Positions 53,669 to 62,115 of a stretch of 64,000 bases of DNA are shown here, piece after piece. A model generated the notes under the pieces. That model made no database searches. It saw only the letters and a program-made list of their open reading frames with translations, and was not told where the DNA came from. Numbering within the stretch: position 1 is the first letter of the stretch; every line of letters begins with the position of its first letter. Source of the DNA: Patescibacteria group bacterium. GTDB lineage: Bacteria > Patescibacteriota > Minisyncoccia > UBA6257 > 1-14-0-10-40-38. The stretch covers positions 10,994-74,993 of the forward strand of contig JBBTRX010000006.1 in the NCBI GenBank assembly GCA_038064975.1. Reading direction: 5' to 3'. Position numbers and translations under genes: made by a program.

Positions 53669-53699
53669 CGCTCCCTAGTTTCTAGGGGGCGGATTTTTT
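53669..53699 (+). terminator. Intrinsic terminator (CCGCTCCCTAG-TTTC-TAGGGGGCGG plus TTTTTT)
   Basis: Hairpin and T-run directly after the small ORF. Confidence 0.55.
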
Positions 53700-53702
53700 C
53701 AA

Positions 53703-53728
53703 TTCGCCTTATACTTTATTCCTTATAC
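53703..53728. repeat. Intergenic repeat family 2 (TTCGCCTTATACTTTATTCCTTATAC)
   Basis: Near-identical to the 25801 and 34212 copies. Confidence 0.7.
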
Positions 53729-53741
53729 TAGATTCTACTTT

Positions 53742-55061
53742 TTACGCCTTCGGAAATATCACCGGCTGTTTTGCTCTCTCCGATCTCTGCATAACGTAGA
53801 AAATTCCGAGAAGGACAAGAATAAAGAAGATAATAAGCCAAAGGGGAATATTCAAGCCTAAAATAGAAGCAAGGAATCCTTTGCCTTCTACAGTAAGCGT
53901 GAGCGAAGAGTTTACCGTATGTGAAAATCCGCGCGCATCCTGATAGGTCGCAATGGCTTTAAAGGGAAGTCTGTCGCCATCATCGGCATTGCGAGAAACT
54001 TGGAGTATGAGCACGATCTCGTGGGAATCATCCGGTGCAAGCGTGCCGATATCAAACGTAAGTTTATTTCCATTTTCTTCTGTAGGCATAGGACCGGCTT
54101 CCACGGCCGTCACATCGTCCGGCAACGTTACCACAATAGAGAGTTTGCGAAGTGATCGTGCACTATCCGTATTTTCATACGAGAGTACATATTCAATTCT
54201 GTCTCCTGGACGAGGGTTTTCTGTATCGGTTGCGGATTTAAGCGTAAGGGAAATAGGAAGTGGTGTTCCGTTAGAGACCGGAGTGACGGGCGTTGGACCG
54301 GAAGGAATTACGACAGGCGGAAGATATTGAAAACTGAAAATAGTTCCCTGTTGGATGCCGGCATTTGTTTGAGCGACTGCGCGGAAATAATATGTTCTTC
54401 CTGGAACAAGACCGCTAATAAATTGGCTGATGTATCGCACGCCGGAAACATCTCCAATATTTTGAAGTGGTGTAACATTGCCAAGGTTAGTTGTTTCTCC
54501 CCATGTAAACCAGGTAACGGTAGAATTGCCGTTTGTAATAACCCATCCGTTGAGTACTGCGTTGGTTGGGAGAATGTTCGTTGCAGGATAAGTCGTTACG
54601 GTTGCGAGCGTATTGGTAGTTCCTCCGCCAGCTGGCGGACTACCACCTCCGCCGGTAATTCCTCCGCTCGTAACTGGAGCACCCGTAGTAAATGAAGTGA
54701 TAGCTCCATACACGGTCCCAAAATCATTTTTTGCCGCTGAGCGGTAATAGTATGTAGTCTTTTCTTCAAGATTAAAAAGTGTATGGGCATATTGGAAACT
54801 ACCATCGCCTTTACCGGCATATTGGTATCCGGCTGAATGTTCTATTGCTTGGGTTTTTCCCCATTCAAACCACGCAGAAGTAGAGTTTCCGTTCGGGTTA
54901 ATGGATCCCACAAGGCGCGCAGAAGTCTCGCTCACATTAATAGGTGAGTTTGTTGATACATTTGGGGCCGATTGCTGGTCAGCAAAAGCTATATGTATAG
55001 GAGATCCAAAAAGAAGCGAAATAAGGCCGAAAATGGCTGCTTTCTTGAGTATTGTAATCAT
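53742..55061 (-). CDS. Secreted surface protein: signal peptide, FN3-like repeats, DUF11-like domain, conserved C-terminal GFLAS-TM-basic tail (paralog of the 945-aa protein)
   Basis: NLEEKTTYYYRSAAKNDFGTVYGAITSFTT and GRTYYFRAVAQTNAG. C-terminus GKGFLASILGLNIP plus hydrophobic helix plus RSERAK. Confidence 0.75.
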   Translation of the reverse strand: MITILKKAAIFGLISLLFGSPIHIAFADQQSAPNVSTNSPINVSETSARLVGSINPNGNSTSAWFEWGKTQAIEHSAGYQYAGKGDGSFQYAHTLFNLEEKTTYYYRSAAKNDFGTVYGAITSFTTGAPVTSGGITGGGGSPPAGGGTTNTLATVTTYPATNILPTNAVLNGWVITNGNSTVTWFTWGETTNLGNVTPLQNIGDVSGVRYISQFISGLVPGRTYYFRAVAQTNAGIQQGTIFSFQYLPPVVIPSGPTPVTPVSNGTPLPISLTLKSATDTENPRPGDRIEYVLSYENTDSARSLRKLSIVVTLPDDVTAVEAGPMPTEENGNKLTFDIGTLAPDDSHEIVLILQVSRNADDGDRLPFKAIATYQDARGFSHTVNSSLTLTVEGKGFLASILGLNIPLWLIIFFILVLLGIFYVMQRSERAKQPVIFPKA

Positions 55062-55164
55062 GGGTCATATTATATAGCGTATTCGTAATTTAGTCAAGTT
55101 TTCACGATAATTGCCGTATAAAGGGGGACTTGACTTCTATTGTGCTATATGCTAGGATGAGAGA

Positions 55165-55430
55165 GTAAAGTAAGATCATCTACATGGCTCGCCTTCGTAG
55201 GTGACCGGGTTGGGAAAGTAAGACGTCTTCGGCGTCTTCCCGCATCGGGCGATACTCCTCAACAAGAGAGACGAGGATTCTCGCAACAGAGACCGATATA
55301 ACTTTCCCCTGCACCTTCCTGTAGTCAGAGTCACTTGGTCAGAGTCATTGTCGCTGCTGCGCTTGCGCTGCTACACTGCTCTACTGCATCCCCGGAACCG
55401 CGCGTCGGTTCCGGGGATCTTCTTTTTTAT
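55165..55430 (+). ncRNA. Candidate small non-coding RNA (promoter-to-terminator unit, GC-rich, no ORF above 6 codons)
   Basis: TTGACT-17-TAGGAT promoter at 55130-55158. Terminator CCCCGGAACC-GCGCGTC-GGTTCCGGGG plus T-run at 55390-55428. No coding potential. Confidence 0.3.
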
Positions 55431-55477
55431 GAATAAAAAATCGTCCGATGCGTTCTGCACCGGACGATACTGGTTTT

Positions 55478-55798
55478 TCAGGCGGTCATCACCGCCTCCG
55501 TCATGAGACGGTAGTGCTCACTGAGCGCGTTCTTGGTTTCTTCCGAGATCTCCATTTTGAGGATGCCCTTTTTGCACGTCTCTTCCACAGCGTCGTGCTT
55601 CGCGCAGCTGGGCCTGTCGTAGGGAGTGATGAAGACGGCACCACCTTCGGGGACGGCAATCAGCCAGTTGTCTCCGATGGCGTAGGTGCCCTGATCTCCC
55701 ATGCGGAATTTTCTCCTGAACGGCACGCCCTTCAAGACGAGATGGCTTGCGTCCACGAACCCCGTTTCTTCCAAACGTCGGATCACGTGACTGGTCAT
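55478..55798 (-). CDS. Hypothetical protein, GC-rich (start tentatively MTSHV; alternative MGDQG with AGGAGA RBS)
   Basis: Long ORF in a GC-rich block. Upstream TTGATA-17-TATTGT promoter with a palindromic operator. Own hairpin terminator at 55442-55466. Confidence 0.4.
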   Translation of the reverse strand: MTSHVIRRLEETGFVDASHLVLKGVPFRRKFRMGDQGTYAIGDNWLIAVPEGGAVFITPYDRPSCAKHDAVEETCKKGILKMEISEETKNALSEHYRLMTEAVMTA

Positions 55799-55836
55799 GA
55801 GGCGAGGGAGCTTTCTCTCGTTAAGTGAAAAGGAGA

Positions 55837-55860
55837 ACACGAGACATGAGTGTCTCGTGT
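55837..55860. promoter_or_regulatory. Operator-like palindrome ACACGAGACA-TGAG-TGTCTCGTGT abutting the -10 of the promoter of ORF 55478-55798
   Basis: 10-bp perfect inverted repeat with a 4-nt spacer, positioned at +1 to +25 of the predicted promoter. Confidence 0.45.
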
Positions 55861-55996
55861 GACAATATGTACTGTTCACGAGTTTATCAAACACTATTTG
55901 AAATTTCAACCTCGCCTCGCCGTAGCTTCAGCGAAGGAGGGTTCGCCTCACCGAATCTAGGCGGGTTTATCTCGCCGAAACTTTAGTGGAGGCGGA

Positions 55997-56947
55997 CTAT
56001 GGCTGCAGAGCTTCTTCAACTTCTCCGTTTACGGAGATAATAACAGCAGTCACCGTAGGAAATTGTTTAAGTGTTTTTTCTATCTGCGCACGGATTGCGG
56101 TAACACGGCATGAACCTCCAACATTCTTATCTAACTCTTCGCTAAAATCTGCGTATGCCGTTCCATTAGTAATAGTAAGACTCTTGAGGAGTACGCCGGT
56201 ATTAATATTCGTTTTATAATTCTCCTGTAATTCATAAGTGAGTGGTCCTTTCAAAAGTTCGTTCAAAGCAGCTTTGCCAACGCTCTGTGTTTTTGGAACG
56301 GAACGGGTAACGGGGAAAACAGCTGTGCATGTTGCTTGCGGATCAAGATCGTCATTACTGAAATAGACTTGAACACTCGTTGTTTCAGTACTCGTAAAAC
56401 GAACAGGGATAAAGAGCGCGTCATCATGCTCTGCAAGCCCGGACGGATTATCTTTTCGGAGGATTAGCGTTCCTGTCGCGGTAGTGGGAGCGGTAAAGGA
56501 AATTATGCTGGAGTAGGGAACAAAATCTTCAGTCATCCATTCTCCTTGGGCGGTCGCGTAGTGTTGAACGAGTAGGTTGCCGTTGCCGTCTCGAAGCTCA
56601 ACAGGAAAACTTGCTTCAAAAAACCAATATCCTCGCGCTTCGCCGGTAATAGAAAGCGGAGAAGTTACTACCTCATTCGGTCGAGGGTTTGTGATTTTAA
56701 TTAAATTTGTTTTTTCCAACTCGTTACCGATGCTTTCAGTAAACGTAGTGCCGTCGGGCCGCTTACACTGGCGAGGATAGGATTCCATAATCGGGTATCC
56801 TGCTGCAACACACGCTTCAAAGCTTGTGATGTCTTTTGATTCTGAATAGTCGCCGAGTGCGTATACTCCCCAGAAAATAATTCCGGCGAGAAGGAGTAAG
56901 AGCGCGATGCTCGTTATCATTACATTTTTTGAGTAGTGGTGTGTCAT
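55997..56947 (-). CDS. Gmad2 Ig-like plus GerMN domain protein, membrane-anchored
   Basis: N-terminal TM. Gmad2 pattern (PRPNEVVTSPLSITGEARGYWFFEASFPVEL). C-terminal GerMN (KAALNELLKGP...GS...AIRAQIEKTLKQFPTV). Confidence 0.6.
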   Translation of the reverse strand: MTHHYSKNVMITSIALLLLLAGIIFWGVYALGDYSESKDITSFEACVAAGYPIMESYPRQCKRPDGTTFTESIGNELEKTNLIKITNPRPNEVVTSPLSITGEARGYWFFEASFPVELRDGNGNLLVQHYATAQGEWMTEDFVPYSSIISFTAPTTATGTLILRKDNPSGLAEHDDALFIPVRFTSTETTSVQVYFSNDDLDPQATCTAVFPVTRSVPKTQSVGKAALNELLKGPLTYELQENYKTNINTGVLLKSLTITNGTAYADFSEELDKNVGGSCRVTAIRAQIEKTLKQFPTVTAVIISVNGEVEEALQP

Positions 56948-56989
56948 ATGTTGTTTGTAGTGAGTATAGCCGAATGGATTATAAGGTTA

Positions 56990-57532
56990 CTAGAGGGTAA
57001 AGAGTCCGCGGAGAATCGCTGTGCCGTACGCGAGGTTGAAGACGGCGTTTCCGGCAATGAGAATGGGGAATATGCTAAGCAGTCGATATCCCAGAAATCC
57101 CATTGGCACAATGATAAGTTCATTAGGGAGGGGGACAAGGGCCGCGAAGAAGAACAAAATAGTGAACATGATCCACGGGCGCGTTTTAAATCGTTCAAGG
57201 AAAGCGTATATTTTTCGCTTCGGCGCATCTAACGCAACTTTGCGTGCCGCGTCTCCCACAAAGTAGGCAACGCTATCTGCAAGCACGGTGCCCGCGATAA
57301 TAATAAGGATTGTCGGCCAGAATTGCAGGCCCGATTCAATAAAAAGCGGCAAAAAAGATATAGCCGGAACCGGAGCAATAAAATTAAAACCTGCGATAAT
57401 AGAAGCAATAAAAACTCCGCCATACCCGAACCGCGCGACTTCTTCACGGATAAACTCATTCTGTCCTGCAAAATATCCAAGCCAAAGGATCAATACAAGA
57501 AGAGCGATGCCAAGGAAGAGATGCTTTGTCAT
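56990..57532 (-). CDS. DedA/VTT (SNARE-associated, TVP38/TMEM64) family membrane protein
   Basis: Conserved FGYGGVFIASIIAGFNFIAPVPAISFLPL re-entrant loop motif and G(T/A)VLAD. Confidence 0.7.
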   Translation of the reverse strand: MTKHLFLGIALLVLILWLGYFAGQNEFIREEVARFGYGGVFIASIIAGFNFIAPVPAISFLPLFIESGLQFWPTILIIIAGTVLADSVAYFVGDAARKVALDAPKRKIYAFLERFKTRPWIMFTILFFFAALVPLPNELIIVPMGFLGYRLLSIFPILIAGNAVFNLAYGTAILRGLFTL

Positions 57533-57773
57533 ACTGTAAACTTTTCTCTGCATGAAATGATAAATAATTAACAATCCACAATCGTCTTTTATTTTTGAGA
57601 TTTAAGATTTGGGATCTTATTTATTATATTGTCTATTATTGATTGTTTATTGTCTATTATTTTTATTTTTTAGATTAATTATGATAGCTATTGATTATGG
57701 GAGTGATGAGCGCCATACTTTAATCTAGTTCCTCCTCATAACTATCTACCGAAAACAAGAAAGGAGCCTCCTC

Positions 57774-58172
57774 GTGTTCTACATCATATTATCCGTGGCA
57801 CTAGCTTCTTTCGTTATGTACTTTTTTTTCTGGTGTGGGTATGAAGATATTCGATTGAATACCTTGTATGTAGTTTCTGCCAACAAGGCCACGCCTCTTG
57901 AAGGTCAAAAATTGTTGAAAGAAGAAATAGTAGTCCTTAGGCGGCATGTCGCAATCCTCCTTTTTTTGGGAATTGTTGTATCACTTGGATTCTATTGGGT
58001 ATTGGAACTTACTGTAGCTGAAGAATTAATGACGTTCGTCATTTTCCTCATGCCTACGGCCTTTATGTCCCTTGCGTGGTTGAGGGATTGGTTGCTCATT
58101 CGCAAGCTCCAGTCTTTTCCTATTCCACTGCCAGAAGTTGTAGAACCTTCATTAGAGACCAAGACAGTATAA
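57774..58172 (+). CDS. Hypothetical membrane protein
   Basis: Three predicted TM helices. No motif. Confidence 0.35.
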   Translation: MFYIILSVALASFVMYFFFWCGYEDIRLNTLYVVSANKATPLEGQKLLKEEIVVLRRHVAILLFLGIVVSLGFYWVLELTVAEELMTFVIFLMPTAFMSLAWLRDWLLIRKLQSFPIPLPEVVEPSLETKTV

Positions 58173-58312
58173 GAACCTTAATCTCAATGTGCGAGAGTAA
58201 GGTTCTTTTTTGTTAGTTTTAAGTTGCCCGGCGAAGCCGGGTCCGGCTTCGTTGGAAAATTTCTTTTATTCTATTTTACTAACTGCACAACTGATCAACT
58301 AAAAAACTGTTT

Positions 58313-58984
58313 TTAGTAGTCTACCGAGTTCGCCTTATGATACAAATCACTTCCATTACTTTCTCCATATAAAAGAGTGAGTACATAATCTACGAGCATG
58401 CTACTCCGTCTGGAAAAATTAAAAAGAATGGCAAAAGTAATAAATATGAAAGCTGCGGTCATATTCCAATAACTAAGAGGGATGGCAAGTAAAGAACTTA
58501 TAACGGGAGTAATGATACGGATGGTCCCATGGCGAAATTCGGTCGCCGTCATGGTGTGGTTTGCAATCTGGCGAGAGATCCACGCATACCGGCGCATCAT
58601 ATAGAGCGTAATGCCGAGCATTGCAACATTCGTCGCATAAATCGCAATCGCAAGTTCAAGATCGCTGTAGACGCCAAGGAGATGCGAAGAAAAGGGGATG
58701 AGCGCTACGAAAAGCAGAAACACCGCATTGATGTTCGTAAAATAATTATTAATATTTCGCGTAAGCACGCTCGCGATGTAGTGGTGGAGCCGCCAATACG
58801 TAAAGAGCACCGCAAAGCTTAAAAGATAGCTTAAAAATAAATTTGCTTCCTCTTTCAAATAAAAGAGTAATGCTTCGTTCGTAATCGCGCCGTTCAAAAC
58901 CGGTATGCGGATCTCGAGCACGAGAAGCGTCATGACGATGGCAAAAATGCCGTCTACTAAATTTTCAAACCGTTCCTGCTTCAT
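58313..58984 (-). CDS. TMEM175/DUF1211-like putative K+ channel
   Basis: RFENLVDGIFAIVMTLLVLEI matches the RxxxFSD..FA...TLL signature of helix 1. About six TM helices. Confidence 0.6.
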   Translation of the reverse strand: MKQERFENLVDGIFAIVMTLLVLEIRIPVLNGAITNEALLFYLKEEANLFLSYLLSFAVLFTYWRLHHYIASVLTRNINNYFTNINAVFLLFVALIPFSSHLLGVYSDLELAIAIYATNVAMLGITLYMMRRYAWISRQIANHTMTATEFRHGTIRIITPVISSLLAIPLSYWNMTAAFIFITFAILFNFSRRSSMLVDYVLTLLYGESNGSDLYHKANSVDY

Positions 58985-59030
58985 GTACTAATAATATCAC
59001 GGGTACCGTGATAGGTGACATAGCCTTAAT

Positions 59031-59513
59031 TTACACAAATCTACCGTATCGACTTAAAGCGCTAAAGACAATGCCCGTCCAGATCGAAATGCAGCCGAAG
59101 AGTATGATCAAACTTGAAAATCCATAGGTCAGAATACCTAAGTTAAGAGCAGTAGTCAGTGTTGTTGCCGTTATCCAAATATCGCGCGCGGTATTTGCAG
59201 TCATTACAGGTTTGCCACTTGCATCTAAAATTGGCTGATTATTCTGATCAAGTTTTGGGATCTGGCGCGGCATTTCAGCATATGTTTTTCCGCCTGTTAA
59301 TTTCAAAGCGTGCTCTCTGATAATATCCGCCTGCGCTTTCAGTGTTAGAGGTCCGCGCACGGGTTTTTCCGAAATACTTGCATCAGCGGGCGTTATAATT
59401 TTTTCTTGCGCTATACTTTTATAAGTAAACGCGATACCCAAAACACCACCAAATACCAATGCAACACCTGCAACAATTGCCAGTACTGATGAAATTTTTA
59501 GTAATTTTTTCAT
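59031..59513 (-). CDS. Hypothetical membrane protein (N- and C-terminal TM helices)
   Basis: ORF only. Confidence 0.35.
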   Translation of the reverse strand: MKKLLKISSVLAIVAGVALVFGGVLGIAFTYKSIAQEKIITPADASISEKPVRGPLTLKAQADIIREHALKLTGGKTYAEMPRQIPKLDQNNQPILDASGKPVMTANTARDIWITATTLTTALNLGILTYGFSSLIILFGCISIWTGIVFSALSRYGRFV

Positions 59514-59529
59514 AAAATTATTTTAAAGC

Positions 59530-60441
59530 TTAGTAAATTTGAGTCCACGTATTACCTGCATCACTGCTTGTATAGAGTTTATTTTCTTTCGTAAGCGCAT
59601 ATACCACCATCGGATCGCGAGGTGCGTAAGTAATGTAAATTGGAAAGTCGGTTGAAAAGCTTTCTATTACAATAGACCGCCATATGGAACCGCCATCCTC
59701 GGTAACAAGAATACCTTTCTTTCTTGAAAAACCGATCATTTTTAGTGGATCACTAGGGTTTATAGCAAAAGTAGTTGTAATGCCTTGATATAATTCAGGA
59801 AAAACGTTTTCCCATGTTTCCCCCTGGTCCGTACTCAAGGATGTCCCATAAATTGTGAGCGCATACAATTTTTTTTCATCTTTCGGATCAAAGATAAAAC
59901 CTATAGGTTGCGGTAGATTTGTTGTTTCTACAATTTCCCAGGCGTTCCCTCCATCAATACTTCTTTGTAATGTTCCTTCAAAATACCCATACATAAGCTG
60001 AGGATTTATAGGACTTATCGCCATTTCATGAAAATCCACAGGACCATTTACCCCATTTGAAATTTTTTCCCAAGTGAGTCCGCCATCTTCTGATTTTTGC
60101 ACTCCGAGATTACCACCTCTTGCGGGATGTCCGCTTGAAAAGAATATATTTGCTTCGGACGGATGGAGAGAAAATCCCATGTAATCATCCTTGCTTGTAC
60201 CAACTCGGTAGAGGTCTTTTTCATTCATGAGCACGAGAAGGCCGTGATGTGTTGCGATGTAGAGCTTGTTCGGATCTGCTATATCAACCGTGAGACCATG
60301 GCCATGAGAAATAGACTGTTCAGGGTATAGATTGTTTGCTGAAGAATTACTTCCTGCATCACTGCCACTACGCGAAAGTAATAGGATGCCACCCAGTACT
60401 GCCACTGCAATAATTCCGAATAAAAATAATTTATTTTGCAT
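59530..60441 (-). CDS. BNR/Asp-box repeat beta-propeller protein (Ycf48/sortilin-like), secreted (start taken at MQNKLF)
   Basis: Repeated SxDxGxTW motifs (SEDGGLTW, SIDGGNAW, STDQGETW, TEDGGSIW, SSDAGNTW). Confidence 0.6.
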   Translation of the reverse strand: MQNKLFLFGIIAVAVLGGILLLSRSGSDAGSNSSANNLYPEQSISHGHGLTVDIADPNKLYIATHHGLLVLMNEKDLYRVGTSKDDYMGFSLHPSEANIFFSSGHPARGGNLGVQKSEDGGLTWEKISNGVNGPVDFHEMAISPINPQLMYGYFEGTLQRSIDGGNAWEIVETTNLPQPIGFIFDPKDEKKLYALTIYGTSLSTDQGETWENVFPELYQGITTTFAINPSDPLKMIGFSRKKGILVTEDGGSIWRSIVIESFSTDFPIYITYAPRDPMVVYALTKENKLYTSSDAGNTWTQIY

Positions 60442-60442
60442 T

Positions 60443-60835
60443 TTAATTGAAATTAATGGAAAAATTATACATACCCATACTGCAAAGCCCTTGGAACGGC
60501 TGTCCTGCTTTTGGTATGCCCAGATCAATAACTTCTTCTCCTGTCTGAGCTAATATTTTTTGAAAACCAATCGAAGGAATCACAAGCGATGCCGAACAAT
60601 CATATGTGCTATTTGTTTTTAAAATTAATTTTGTCGGGATGTCGGCTTGTGCTGTAGATACTTTAGGCGAGTATCCACCCCGAGCGTTTATGGTGATGTA
60701 CTGAATACCATCTCTTATTTCGACGTTTTGTGCCGATCCGCCCGTATCCGTATTATTTTTTGACTGCCCAAAAAACACGATACCGATGCCTACGACAAGT
60801 GCGAGGGTGATGATTATATAAGGAATCTTGTTCAT
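60443..60835 (-). CDS. Cupredoxin-like small secreted protein (possible Cu-binding), tentative
   Basis: Signal anchor plus ~100-aa beta domain ending in C..MGMY. Sits in the copper-resistance cluster. Confidence 0.35.
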   Translation of the reverse strand: MNKIPYIIITLALVVGIGIVFFGQSKNNTDTGGSAQNVEIRDGIQYITINARGGYSPKVSTAQADIPTKLILKTNSTYDCSASLVIPSIGFQKILAQTGEEVIDLGIPKAGQPFQGLCSMGMYNFSINFN

Positions 60836-60842
60836 CGGGTAA

Positions 60843-61865
60843 TTATATATTAAATAGTGGACTAATGATTCCGAGTCCGGCAAGTCCTCCAAGAAGTGCG
60901 AATAATCCGAGACCGATTACTACTACTCCAGCAGACTTAAAAAATAATGGAGCGTGCTTGCCGTGAGCAAATGAAGCTGAACCGAATGAAAGAAGGGCGA
61001 GTATCGGTAATGTTCCAAGAGCAAATGCGAGCATGATGAGAAGTCCCGACATAAAAGATCCGCTACTTAGTGCAGAAATCTGCATTGACTGCGTAAAGCC
61101 GCATGGCAAGAAGAATGTGGCGAAGCCGATAATAAGTGGTGTGAAAGTCTTGTGCTCTATGCTTCTGAAGAAATTAAAAATTCCCGAAGGTAATGCAACT
61201 TTATTTTTCGCAAATACTCCAACCAGATTTAAACCTAGTAATAGCATCACGACAGAAGCCAGAAGTCCCAAAATTGCAGTAAAGGTAAAACTGATGCCGA
61301 TAGCATTACCGACTACTCCAAGAACTCCTCCTAATGCTGCGAAGCTAACAAGTCTCCCTGTGTGAAAAAGTAAAAATGTTTTAGTATCACTGACATTGTC
61401 CTGTGATACTTTTGCCGAAAGAGATAAGACCAACCCTCCGACGATAGCAAGACAGCTTGATACTGACGCAATAAGACCGATGATAAAACTAGTGACGGGT
61501 GTCACTGTTCCACCTAACCCGAAGTTGAGTATTCCTGATTTTTGTACAATGAAGAAAAGGGCGAGGAATGCGAGGCCAATAGGCAAAGCCTGCCAAATAA
61601 TCTCATTATCTTTTCTTTCTCCGTCTTTTTTCTCAACGGAGAGAGAATAGCCGTTGTGTTTTATCTTCTCGGTTAGTATTTCTGCGAGTTTGTATTGGTT
61701 TTCATCAAGAGTGGTGTTGATTGAGACGGTTTCACGCTTCAAATCAACATTGGTACGATCGATGCCAATCTGCTCGTTTAAAGTATCTTCAATAAAGATT
61801 TTGCATGATGGACAATGAGTACCGGAAACATGGAATGTGTAGGTTTTAAGAGTTTGTGTAGACAT
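60843..61865 (-). CDS. HMA-domain (heavy-metal-associated) fused to DsbD_2/TauE-like polytopic membrane permease
   Basis: N-terminal HMA with GTHCPSC, then about 8 TM helices with conserved Cys (SSCLAIVGG; FLPCGFTQ). Confidence 0.6.
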   Translation of the reverse strand: MSTQTLKTYTFHVSGTHCPSCKIFIEDTLNEQIGIDRTNVDLKRETVSINTTLDENQYKLAEILTEKIKHNGYSLSVEKKDGERKDNEIIWQALPIGLAFLALFFIVQKSGILNFGLGGTVTPVTSFIIGLIASVSSCLAIVGGLVLSLSAKVSQDNVSDTKTFLLFHTGRLVSFAALGGVLGVVGNAIGISFTFTAILGLLASVVMLLLGLNLVGVFAKNKVALPSGIFNFFRSIEHKTFTPLIIGFATFFLPCGFTQSMQISALSSGSFMSGLLIMLAFALGTLPILALLSFGSASFAHGKHAPLFFKSAGVVVIGLGLFALLGGLAGLGIISPLFNI

Positions 61866-61874
61866 AAGTAGATA

Positions 61875-62090
61875 TTATCTCTCCTCTCTCTCAAGCTGAC
61901 GGCGATACATAGCACATACTCCGGCCGAAATCGAAATGAGTGTGAGAATGATGGCATCATTGATGCAATGCTGGTATGTAAAACCCCAGACGGTTCCACC
62001 TTCTCCTGCGATCCATGCGCCGAGAAGAGCAAAAAATCCCCAAATACCAGCTACAATTGATACTCCGTGAATGAATGATGATTTTCCCAT
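61875..62090 (-). CDS. Small two-TM membrane protein
   Basis: 71-aa hydrophobic ORF between the DUF305 and HMA genes. Confidence 0.3.
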   Translation of the reverse strand: MGKSSFIHGVSIVAGIWGFFALLGAWIAGEGGTVWGFTYQHCINDAIILTLISISAGVCAMYRRQLEREER

Positions 62091-62115
62091 ATATTTTTTT
62101 ATTTATTATTTTTAA

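Noticed and set aside
55448-55828. 126-aa plus-strand ORF
   Set aside because: Antisense to the GC-rich minus-strand ORF. It starts inside that gene's terminator and has no RBS.
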